Of a DNA stretch of 64,000 nt, positions 52,503 to 64,000 are shown piece after piece. This DNA is from Octopus sinensis. Its lineage: Eukaryota. The translations under genes were made by a program, and so were the position numbers. Under the pieces are notes generated by a model. It searched no databases and was not told the origin of the DNA. It saw nothing but the letters and a program-made list of their open reading frames with translations. Within the stretch, counting starts at the first letter, position 1. Each line of letters begins with the position of its first letter. The stretch lies in the NCBI RefSeq assembly GCF_006345805.1, contig NC_043011.1, positions 58,354,464 through 58,418,463 on the forward strand, in the 5' to 3' direction.

Positions 52503-52641
52503 CTGGTATGGAATGTAGTAATTATTTCCTAATTCAAATCTTTGTTAAATGTTTTCTAGCAGTAAACAAGTTTATTTGCAAAAATGAAAAGGGTTTCGTT
52601 GATATCATTGTTTTTGCTTCACGTTATACACATAGGGTGAG
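52503..52641 (-). other. Candidate non-coding (5' UTR) exon of the minus-strand host gene
   Basis: Long pyrimidine tract ttttgtcttttttttctttctatacag| and consensus donor CCAG|gtaagt; stops in all three frames. Confidence 0.5.
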
Positions 52642-53349
52642 CTGTATAGAAAGAAAAAAAAAGACAAAAAACAAAACGGAAGATGAGGGAGATGCAGAGC
52701 CAAGAGACTGGAAAATAGTGAGGGAAAATGTGGATAAGAGTCACAACTCTTTGCTTTCACCAACACATTATTTACGTAGATTCAAACAATGACAAAAGGT
52801 GTCCTCACTATGCCTGAAATTTGAAGGAAAAGATAATGGCTAATGAAAAGGAATAACGTATGACGAATTGAATGTAATGTAGTGAAAGATAATATATGTA
52901 ATCGTCTTAAATGTATGTGAAATAGAGATGGAATAAATGATTAATATTTTGATTTTTGCTGGAGTGTTTAGGAAAATATTTTATTTGTAAATCACAAAAG
53001 ATAGTTTAATTAAAATAATAACATTGGAAGTTATAGATTAAAATGGATATTTTATTTTTTGATATGGTATTAATGGTGTTTTTTTCTTTAGTCTTTTTCT
53101 GTTATTAATATGTTGATTATTTTGATTCAGCTTTTGAGGTTAGGATTTATAATTATGTTGGAATTTTTATGTGGGTTATGATTTCTTTTTTTGTTTAGAA
53201 AGAGAGAGAGGGTGGGTGAGAGAGAAGAAGACAGACAAAGAGTGTGTGTAATGGAGAGATGAAACATTGAGCGCCAGAGTTTCAGTTGATGGAAAATGAA
53301 GCAATGATCAGAAGCATTTAATTTCTGAAGGAACGAAATGTTGTCTCAC

Positions 53350-53957
53350 GATTTGTATGAGCGAACAGGAAACGTGACCGTTGAGTGCGACAGTTTGTGC
53401 GCTGGAGATTTGGCTCAGAGCCGCGTGGATATTCAATTTGCATTGGCGACAATACAATTCTGCTACGGGAAGTAAACACGGGCACAGGCACACGCTTGCA
53501 ATAATATACAAATACGGACAAAGTGTGAGGTACAGAGTGATATTGCAATTGAACCCAATTGACAGAAACACCTTCCCTCTCGAACATAGATAGAATTAAG
53601 CTCAGAGAGAAAGACAGAGAGAAAGACAGAGAGAAAGAGAGAGGACGAATAGAGAGAATGAGAAGAGATAGAAAGGGATGAAGAAACAGAGAAGGGAGAC
53701 AAGAGAAAGGGAGGGAGAGAGATATTACAATATATTGATTGAACACGATTTTCATAAACATTTCCTGTCATATACACATAGAGAGAAATACGGCCACACA
53801 CCCAAGAGAAGAGTTAGAGTAAGAGAGAGAGAGAGAAGAGAGAGAGAGAAAGGGAGGGAGAGAGAACGAGAGAAACACTAAAACGTCTGATGTTAAATAT
53901 CTCAGCGTGGAGTCAGCGACGCCAAATGGACGGCACCAAAACAGCTGTGCCCAAACA

Positions 53958-53960
<3 letters not shown>
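53350..53960 (-). promoter_or_regulatory. Candidate first exon / promoter region
   Basis: Locally more GC-rich non-repeat sequence beside a long GA-rich tract (53590-53875); minus-strand donor ATC|gtgaga at 53349. Confidence 0.25.
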
Positions 53961-53998
<38 letters not shown>

Positions 53999-54149
53999 GC
54001 AGGAAAAATGTAGTGATAGCGTGCTCGTGCTTCAAATTTAAAAGATTATGTATTAGGAGGAAGTATACACATAAATTGTTTATTACAATACAGAAGTTAA
54101 ATTGAACAGCTAAAGCACAACATGAAAGCATTGAACCCTACCAATAATT

Positions 54150-54453
54150 TAGTTGGATAGAAAAACCATCATATGAATATTATGGAAATAGTCTCAACAG
54201 AGCTTTATTATAAATTCCGAGTGGTCTTTCGCTATGTGAGATGATATCCGAAGTTTACGGTTAATCTTCTGCAGATGTTAGTATTTTTGCACGTATTAAA
54301 AAAAATGATAAAAAATAATATACAGAAATATGAAAACCAATATCCATTACCCACACTAAAATAATTTTTTCCAACTTTAGAACTGCGCAAATTGTGCTTG
54401 ATGGCATATCCATCGAGTTTCAGCTTCTTTTCTATTTCCTGAAATTGTGACAT
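54150..54453 (-). mobile_element. Possible hAT BED-finger N-terminal relic
   Basis: IEKKLKLDGYAIKHNLRSSKVGKNYF resembles the ...GEY.IK....S.VW..F lead-in of hAT transposases. Confidence 0.3.
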
Positions 54454-54604
54454 GTTTGCCCTTAGATATGTTTTATAGGCATTACTTTGTGAAGATTCTC
54501 TCTCTCTCTCGATCTGTCATTCCACAGAATTGTAGATATAGGTATAATAAACATTATAGTTCAAAGGACCGGTTTTTATATTTCTCTTTGAACGAACCAC
54601 CATC

Positions 54605-54647
<43 letters not shown>

Positions 54648-55029
54648 GGCTCGATCAACTTTGAAGTTCCATTCGCAAAACGCGAGAGACCATGTTTGCA
54701 AGAATCGACATTATCGGGAAATGACATCTAGCATTTCCCTCTTCTATTTCAAGTATACGCTCTGAAAACTAAATGAAATATTATACAGAATCCCGAGGTG
54801 ATGCATATCCGTACTAAACACCTTTACACTCTCGCGTTCAGCTGCGCAAATTCTAAAATAAAATTGAAAACTTGTCAAGGATTAACCCATTTTCTTTGAC
54901 TGACTATTTCACATTTCCAAATAAATACATCAAAAGTCACAAATGTCAGGATCACTACACACACACAGATATATATTTTCGCACACACAGTCCTACATAT
55001 TAGGCATTGTATATGTATATCTATAAGGT

Positions 55030-55490
55030 AGTCTTCCGGCTCAACTTAACATGGATGCTTTGTTAGAACACCAAACACTGCATTAGTAACCTTGAGAGAT
55101 GAAGTCATGTGTGCACAGTTTGTGAAAGACCATGCCGTTTTTTGCTGGGCTCAAATCTCATTTAGGGACCCCTGAAAAACAAACCTCTAGCAACTATTCT
55201 GTCTATATGTCTGTGCACACCTTTAAATGCAGTGTATGCCATAAAGTCTGCAAATCTAATGGAGGCTTCAAAAGACATTTTAAGATCCATAAAGATCAGA
55301 ACTTAACTGCAGCTTTTGGTAGTCCAAATCGGATATGCAATCTATGTGGGTGTCTTTTCAATACATTGTCTGGTTAAAAAAAAAAACATATCAGACGCCA
55401 TGATGTATCTAACATGTAGATACAGAAGGTGATCACACTCTGTATATGGAGCAGACAACCCCCATATATATATATATATATATATATATA
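55030..55490 (+). mobile_element. LINE (probably RTE-type) 3' end encoding three tandem C2H2-like fingers
   Basis: HVCTVCERPCRFFAGLKSHLG, FKCSVCHKVCKSNGGFKRHFKIH and ICNLCGCLFNTLSG*...HIRRH; short 3' UTR, then (TA)n; no TGEKP linkers. Confidence 0.6.
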
Positions 55491-57174
55491 AAGAGAGAGA
55501 CAGAGACAGTGAAAGAAAGAGAGAGAGAGAGAGATTTCACTACATGAACGTATAGACTGAAAAGTACGTGACGAAAAAATGTGTTGCCAAAAATATTTAA
55601 TTTACCGTAATAAACAATTATTATCCATGCACATTGTTTAAAGCAGTAACAGTTAATCAAATTGATTAGCTGCTAACATACTTTAATTCGTGCTAATTGC
55701 AGTAAATATCTATTAATTATACACCCTTGGGTGAGCAGAACCATCTGCGTGTACATGTCTCTATGTATGCATGTATGTATGGACGTACGAACGTCTCTCT
55801 GTCTGTATGTTTGTATGTATGTTTTTATGTATGTATGTATCCACGTACGTATGTTTGTATGTACGTATGACTTTATATATGCATTATATATGTGAGTGTG
55901 TGTGTGTGCGTGTAATAAACATATCAATATAAGCGTGTGTACATTAAGAGAGAATATGCTAATTACGCACATTTAGTATCTTATTGTCTTCTGTTCTCTG
56001 ATGGCCGTTTACTCAGTCCACATGTGAATCTAACATATGCATTGTTTGCTGCAATTTTTAGAAAACTACCGGTTTTTGCGCACGGATCTAATCCCTTATT
56101 CCTTCAATTATGATTCGATTTTGGCTCTTTTTCTTTTATTGGATTTCCCTGGCATAAATGGTTACATGTATAAGTGTGCATGTTTTAGTCAGCCTATATA
56201 TGTGAGCCCATGAACAACGTATGTATATATTTGGTTTTAAATGATTCTTAAAAAAAAGAGAACCGGAAAATGAAAAAAAGAAATACAGAAAATCTGATAA
56301 AAGCAAAACAAACGGAATATTTTGACAAAACCAAACATGGAAAATTCGCTGCTAATTCTTCATCAGTCAACGTTCAAGAGTTCATAATAGTTTCGTGCCG
56401 TTACCGTTCAGACTACTCCCTCATTGGAGACGCCAGTACGAAAAAGTCACTGGGAATAACTAACGAACATACGGGACAATGACGAATGCAAACTTGACAA
56501 ACTACAATAATTATAATATTTAGACATGCTAGCAAAACGACCGCCTACCGGACGGTTTTCTTATAGCCACTTTATATTTTTCACATTTCATTCCCAATTA
56601 TAATATTTTCTATCATATTTTACGTTTAATTACTTCCTTGTATAATAGTGCGCACTTGCTTAGTAAATATTGCGTTCATTATTTTATCAGTCATAATTTC
56701 CTTTTTTAAGCAAACATCATGGTAGTCCCTCAACAGAGAGGGTAGCAGATTGTCAAGTTGTATCTTTCCCTTAAAGCAACAGAGATTTCAGTTCAGCATT
56801 TCTTCTGTAAGCTCTGCAGTGGGTGTGCGAGAGAGAGAGGTGGGGAACATTGCAATCAATCAATGAAATAAACATGAAAGGATAAATTGTATAAATAAAG
56901 GGGCATTACTACAGATGTATACTCAGCCGAAATTGTTACCTCATAACATTCAGAAAAATGGATCATTTTTAACACAATTTTCCACAAATGCCGCTTAGAT
57001 GTTTTGGCTTCAGTTATATAGGGATCTATGGGAAAAACGTTTTTCGAGGAGGAGAGAGGAGGTTCAAAATATTCACAAGATCTGACTTTTTCCTTCATAA
57101 CTTTTAAAGAAATTTTATACAAATCCCATTCGGGGTAGATTACGAATATAAAGATTACGAACAAAAACGTTAAT

Positions 57175-57785
57175 ATTTTCAGAGGGAAAGTGATTAAACA
57201 GAGATTTGGTTGTTGTTTCTAGCACATCCAAAAATAAACCTCCTTGTTTCTTTCTCACTATCGCATGTATTGATGTTTTTCAATATCCCTCCTTCCCATA
57301 AATATATTTATATGACTTGAAAAAGAAAATTTGAGAAATTTTGAATTTTTTGGAACCCCATTGTTTCTGTTTAGAAATGAAACTACAGAAGATCTTGAGA
57401 AGGTCACTGCAGGCATTTATCCACAGTAAATTAAAAATAAAAAGATTTAATGAAACGATAATTAATTTTAATAGCATACATTTTGTTAGAAGTTGTTTTT
57501 TTTTTGTTACACACAGACACACGTCTTCGCTTGATTGAGATTTGGGTAAAAATTTAGATTACATTTTTGATTTTGCTTATATTCCTCCAATGGACCACAC
57601 GTGTGTTACTTCCACATCATCATTCCCTAAAATGTGTTTAATGGAAGAGAAATATTGAAAGAACATCAATACACGTGAGGGGGAAAACGAATGATGGTTT
57701 AGGTTGTGCTAGACACAACAGTGAAACCACCCTTTGCGTTGTTCACCTTTTCCTCCGAACATACTTTTTTTTTTACCGAAAAGGC
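57175..57785. mobile_element. MITE-like element with long imperfect terminal inverted repeats
   Basis: 57185-57305 is approximately the reverse complement of 57635-57760 (ctagcaca/tgtgctag, tgtattgatgtt/aacatcaataca, tcaatat/atattga). Confidence 0.6.
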
Positions 57786-58499
57786 TACTCCCCATGGATT
57801 TTAAATTAAAAAACAAAATGGCCCAAATCGGAAGGGACAGTTATTATTGTAAGCCGTATAGCGTTCGAAGCAGCCATAACAAGAAAACCACTTCTTAATT
57901 GTTTTCACAAAATTTATATCAGTATATTAAAAATAAATCGATTCAATAAATAATGGTTTTATATTACGAATTTCATTAATAGAATAAACTGTGGGTTTTC
58001 CAATTAGCAAATTAAAATTTGAAATGAAAACATTGAAATAATGTGAGAGACTTTGCAAATGAAAGTAAAATACTCAGTAGTTGAATTCAGCGCATATTTA
58101 ATTTTGTGAAAAACTGAAGTTCAAACTTCAATAAAGTTCAGAAACCGAAATTATAGGAAATTTCTTGGAACATGATTCAATAAAACTTTCGAGACAGTCA
58201 AACCTTTAATAGTTGCTGTCTTTTAATAAATTTAGTAACTGTTACGTACCTAATTAATAAGCAGCTTTCTTTATCGTAATATAGGTAAAAGAAGGAAAAC
58301 CGCACGGCTGTCAGATAGAGAAATGTGGGTAAAGCAAAGGGAAAGAAGTGCCTTAAAGTGCTGAAGACACAAGAAGGGCCGGACGAAGAAAGAAAAACAA
58401 ACCGTGTGGGTAAATTTAAGGGGCACGGAAAAGGGTGACCGACCAAGTAGGTTGTCAACGGAAATAGAACGACAGAGGAGTAAGTTATATATATATATA

Positions 58500-58650
58500 T
58501 GTATTTTAACGAGTTGTGGCTGTTTACCACTCCATCAGATACATCTGCACGAGCCGGATGCTCCTGAACCAGTCGAGGAGTGTCCCACTCGTGAGACATC
58601 GATGCTAGATGTGTCGAAACTATTGTTGTGATTAATAATAAATTCCATTT
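58500..58650 (+). mobile_element. Penelope-like terminal fragment with hammerhead-like relic
   Basis: ctcgtga-gacatc-gatgcta-gatgtgtc-gaaa-cta at 58588-58622. Confidence 0.4.
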
Positions 58651-59519
58651 TCCGTCTTTCATTTGCCACACACACGCATGCACACACGCAGGCACGTACA
58701 CAAGCTCAATTGTATTTGTGTTACTGAATTCCTTGTTCTTTTTAACGTCACTGACTGAGTCACTTATGTGTGTGCATGTAAATACATGTATACGTGTGTT
58801 TGTGTATATATACAAATATGTGTATAGATAAATTTATATATATGTATATATGTACATAATTTTGATTGTATGCACATATATATTGTATATACGTATATAT
58901 ATACATACATACATACATACATATGTGTGTGTGTGTGTGTTTGTAATTATAGTCCTGTCAATAAATGACACTGAACTTTATAAATTATATATGTATGAAA
59001 ATCAAGATACGACCTTTGAATTGAAATCCCTGCTTGTCGTCATAATTAATTATGCGATATAATTAGATGTTTGAATTAGATATATTCCGCCAAACAACAG
59101 AATCATTAAATATAAAAGTTCGATTAATTATCTAGGCGTTCCATTCGATCCCTGTTGCCTGTATAATTTATAACGATTATATTTTTCTTTGTCCTTTATT
59201 TTAATTTTCATTCAAATACCCGTACGTTTAATACACCTTGTGGAGATAAAATATAAAAAAATCTTGCATCAGATATATGTGCATTTTATAATTTCGCTTA
59301 GGCGTTGCAATACAAATAAATAATGACTAGGTGGAAATCAATATCTTTTTGTTTTACGCTCAAGCATGCACAGAGTACAGAGCCGATTGCCAATATGTCT
59401 GATTAAGACACAGCATATTGAAGTTATACTCATTTACCAGCCGAGTGCTTCTTAGAGGACAAACATAAGACAGTGAACATTATGGCGTACTTCCCTCTTT
59501 TATGACATTTTAATTATGC

Positions 59520-59765
59520 TTATGTAAAAACGTATTTGATTAAAAACGCCTACATTGTTTTTTGGGAGAATATTAAAAGGTTGTGCGCCCCTGAAACACA
59601 GCCTGTTGCAGTAACTGGTCTTGAAGCACGATGGCGTTGCTGGGATCTTTGACACTATGCAGTGTCGTCCCATTCTGGGATTGGTGTAGCTTTCAATGCT
59701 AAAATTTGGCACAATTCCATCCAGGATCTTCCAGATGTATATTACTACATACCTCTCCCGCCTAG
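59520..59765 (-). mobile_element. CR1-type LINE 3' fragment
   Basis: RRERY...IWKILDGIVPNFSIESYTNPRMGRHCIV...FRGAQPFNILPK. Confidence 0.8.
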
Positions 59766-59769
59766 TATG

Positions 59770-59824
<55 letters not shown>

Positions 59825-61734
59825 GTATATAAATGAATATAAATTTATAAATATTTAAATATCGATATTATCAAGTGGCCAGCATGGGAATAAATACCAT
59901 ACACATGTAATAATTTTTTACAACTATAAATAAGGGTATCTGAGAGACACCACCATGCCGAAATAGCAGTCAAAACTGACTCTAAAAACCACCTTAAATG
60001 TTCATATCGCACCATGAGATAAGACAAAACATACTAGCAAAAGATATTACTGGATAATGCAAGATCCTGGATTTCTAGCTTTGCTTCAAATAAGCTCTGC
60101 CTTCATCAGTTGAATATACCAGATGGGCACATAAATACAAATATATATATATATACAGAACACACGTTATACTTACATATACGAACGTCCATACATAGTT
60201 CAAGGCCAGTTCAAATTGCCGTGTGGGCGTCAATATAAAGCACCAGCCAAGTACTAAGGTTGATGGATGGCATCAAGTAACACCAACACTTCAAACTTTC
60301 TCGTTGTTCCAAAGTCAGAAGGAATTATTATGAATATTTTCGTTTGTGACGTTCTAATACTCTTAATTCTTTGTCTCCGTAACTTTTGAGTAGCGTTTGC
60401 ATCTATTCATTTCAGTTTTCTTTTTTCTTTCTTAATTTACAATTATTGATTCGAATGTTATTCCTAAGCATTATTTCTGCAAGCCTATGTTTATTTTCGT
60501 ATGCAGAGACAACGCATGTCAAGGACGTACGACGTTCTATAATTTTGTCATTATCTTTCAATGAATCTTGAATTTATAGTTAGAGAAAGCTTCTTGTCAT
60601 TATGTTTACTTCAGGGTCTTTCTTTTGTAATCGAGAAACGACATCTTTCTAAGTTGAAGGAATTATCTTATGCAAGAATTATATGCATATAAATTCATAT
60701 GATCTTGTGCATGTGTGGACGACTGTGTATGTCTGTGTATTGTATGTGTTTGTATGTGGGTTTGTGTGTGTATGTACACGCAGAAAAATGCTTTTTTTTG
60801 CAACACAATTCAACAGAAGTTATTGACTTTATGTTGAGCGTCACACTGTGATCTGATATCACAGTTGCGTTCTAAACGTAATATCCAAACAAAGTGAGGC
60901 TACATTATTAGGATCGTATAAAATTTCTTCCAAACTCTTCCTTTTTTAAACTCCCACTAAATTATATTCAAACCGTGTAGCTCTGATGTGATGTAGTTTT
61001 GCATGTTAATGAACGAAACTTGCATTCGCTTTTTCTAGAAATTTATAATAAAGAAGTAACCAGCGTTTCATTCACAGAATTTTACCCAACAGAATGCGTC
61101 CATAGCCAGTAAAAACGTAGGACAGAACTATATCAGTTGTCATGAAAATCAGCAAAGACAACTTACACAAAGCCCTATTTGGTCCTGCAGTCTACTAGAA
61201 AGAGCAGCCAAATCTCCCTGAAAATACACTATAACGTGTAAAACAGAGAAAAGAAGAATATTATATGATGTTTTTGATGGTAATCATTTTCCCATTCGTA
61301 ATTAGATGAACACATTATACGTATTAATAACAAACAAAAGTTCAGAGTAATATTTAAGATACCGTAAAAAAGCACTTAGTGTCGTTGTAAACTACAGAAG
61401 ACTATATTTGATAAAAATAGTGTTATCCAAATTTGAAATACTTCAAGCGGTAGTAATTTAACAAGATTCAATTGATACGAAAATGGGTTACGTAATATCG
61501 GAATAATTACAAATTCAAACGTTAATATTTTGAATGCATTACATATGTACGTGTAGAAGAGTTTTTCATAAAATACCGATTGATTAATTGAACTTTCGTC
61601 ATTCAAAATTTCAAAATGTAAACATATATGAAAATTTGACTTATATATAGCAGCTCTCCTGACAGAATCAGAAAACCCGATAGAACAGAGGGAAGGAGAG
61701 GGTAAAAATAAGAGAGGCAGAGAAAGAGATGAAA

Positions 61735-61768
<34 letters not shown>

Positions 61769-61771
61769 CTG

Positions 61772-62184
61772 TAACTCTTTTACTTGTTTCAGTCATTTGA
61801 CTGCGGCCATGCTGGAGCACCGCCTTTAGTCGAAAAAATCGAGCCCGGGAATTATTCTTTGTAAGACCAGTACTTATTTTATCGGTCTCTTTTGTCGAAC
61901 CGCTAAGTTACGGGGACGTAAACACACCAGCATCGGTTGTCAAGCAATGCTAGGGGGACAAACACAGATACACAAACATATACACACACACTTATATATA
62001 TATATATACATATATACGATAGGCTTCTTTCAGTTTCCGTCTACCAAATCCACTCACAAGTCATTGGTCGGCCCGGGGCTATAGCAGAAGACACTTGCCC
62101 AAGATGCCACGCAGTGGGACTGAACCCGGAACCATGTGGTTGGTTGGTTAGCAAGCTACTTACCACACAGCCACTCCTGCGCCT
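61772..62184 (-). mobile_element. SINE family B, full length
   Basis: Reverse complement of the family B consensus, from tail to ccactcctgcgcct head. Confidence 0.92.
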
Positions 62185-63091
62185 ATATAAATTTACAACA
62201 TAAATGAAGACGTTATAATTACACTATATATTTACTTCAAAAATACTTAAAATATTAAAAATAGCAAAAATACAAAAATAAATCTATATATGAAGGAAAC
62301 ATTTACTGGTTTTTATAAATATATATATAAATATATATATATATAAATACGCACATACGTATGCACATATGTACACACACAACAAAATTTTGGCATATGC
62401 ATATGTATGTTTATAGATATATCTACGCATGTATATATACATACATATATGTTTGCGTGTGTGTGTGTGTACAGATAGAAAGTTGGAGAGAGAGTATACC
62501 CACACACATGCATACACGGATATATGTAGATGCACACACAAACATACATATAAACACAAATATATACATAGATACCTACACACGCAGAGGGCCGCACGCA
62601 TTTAAGTGTTTGCATTCATATAAACGTTTATTACAATAATATATAAAAAATGGATTAACAACCGTAAAAGGATGACACCGTTTGTTGGAGAGGTACAGAG
62701 GATGATGAGAGGAAATAAAATAGAAATAGAATGAAATAAAATAAATTGGATAAGATAAAGCAAAGGTCGTAGAGTACAAGGAGGTTCAATGTGCTGCGTT
62801 AGATTCATGGATATATGTTTTTTTTTAATACACCATGGATATAAAATCTTTAAAGTTTTCTGGATATAAAAGCTTTAAAAGTTTCAATTTTTTAAAAAAG
62901 TTTTAAAAGATTAAGTATGTATAAAATATTAGTGGATAAAGAATAGGTATAAAAGTTGATAGGGAGGTAGATAGAGAAGCAGATACATAGATAGATACAT
63001 ATCGAGATGTGGAAATATAGACAGACAGATAAACAGATCGACAGATAGACAAACAGACAGTCAGGCAGATAGATAGATAAATAGATAGATA

Positions 63092-64000
63092 TCAGGTTGA
63101 GTAAGAAGTAATCAACCTTTTCAAACACGAAATTCATCACAATATACTTCAACAATGTGGAAATTTTATTCATGAAAAGTAAGTACCATTCAAATCAACA
63201 CATTTTCGCCAACGAGTTATAACTTTGTATATTCCGGTAACATAAGAATCTAGAGTTCTGGGACTGGTGAACTCTTTGAAGGGACTTTCAGCATCGGTTT
63301 GAGTTTCGAACTTCTTCTCTCACAGGAAACCATCAAGGTGGTTGATAAAGTGGTAGTCGCTAGAAGAAAAATCTTGGGAATAACCTGGCTGGGAAGAACT
63401 TCTTAGTCAAGATCCCTCAACTTCTGGAGCAGCATTAGTGAAATGTGTGGTCGAGAATTGTCAGGAAAAATGACTGACCTTCTGGGATGGAGGAATAGCA
63501 ATTTTCCAATTATTTTGGAAATTTCATGGCCATATTTTTCTGCAGTAATGTTCCTCCCCACCCCAGGTTTTAAGAAGTTATAATGGATTGGTCCAGCAGA
63601 ACACCATCAAACAGTCATCATAACCTTCTTTTTGAAGAGATCTGGTTTAGAGAACGTGTTTTATTATTGTATACAATTCACTTTTCATCGCAATTACAAT
63701 ACGGCCAAGAAACAGATCGTTCTGGTTACGGAGAAGAAGCGACGAGCAAATGTCACTTCTGCGCAATTTCTGATTTTCATTCCAATCGCGTGGTACCCAT
63801 TTGTGGAGCTTTTTTCATATTCCGATCGCATGCAGATGGTTGCAGGCATTTTTCTGGCAAACTTGAAGTCCTTTTTCCAGTTTTCGATTGGTTTTACTTG
63901 GATCTTTCTCATTGAGAGTCATTAATTGATTGTCATCGATGATAGATGGGAGTCCACTACGTCCACGATTTTCAAGGTTCAGTTCTCCCTTGAGAAATCG
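63092..64000 (-). mobile_element. Mariner (DD34D-type) transposase relic with one TIR; continues beyond the window
   Basis: KWVPRDW (cf. WVPHEL), LGRIVI.DEKWIVYNN, DNSRPH, YSQDFSSSDYHF (cf. YSPDLAPSDYHLF), RWRKCVDLNGTYF; TIR TA-TCAGGTTGAGTAAGAAGTAATC at 63090. Confidence 0.9.

Noticed and set aside
63583-63925. Plus-strand ORFs of 110 and 97 aa
   Set aside because: Antisense to the mariner transposase relic

Overview
AT-rich eukaryotic DNA, most likely from an octopus (inference from the abundant tRNA-headed SINE families and the very dense TA/CA/ATT microsatellites). No complete intact gene was found, and no rRNA, true tRNA or CRISPR array. The window is mostly layered transposon relics: a Gypsy LTR element with a nested R4/Dong-type LINE, further R4/Dong, CR1, RTE and Tx1/L1-like LINE pieces, Penelope-like termini carrying minimal hammerhead-ribozyme-like motifs, a Helitron with both termini, mariner, pogo/Tigger, hAT and probable piggyBac relics, MITEs and about 20 SINE copies. 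Splice signals suggest much of the window is intron of a minus-strand host gene, with candidate 5' UTR exons near 52.5-53.9 kb and a signal-peptide exon at 31315-31409. The most notable items are that candidate gene, a young-looking R4/Dong copy with an in-frame deletion of the RT core, microsatellite-flanked hammerhead modules, and a LINE tail with three C2H2 fingers. Most long ORFs in the supplied track are microsatellite artefacts. All homologies were recognised by eye, not by database search.
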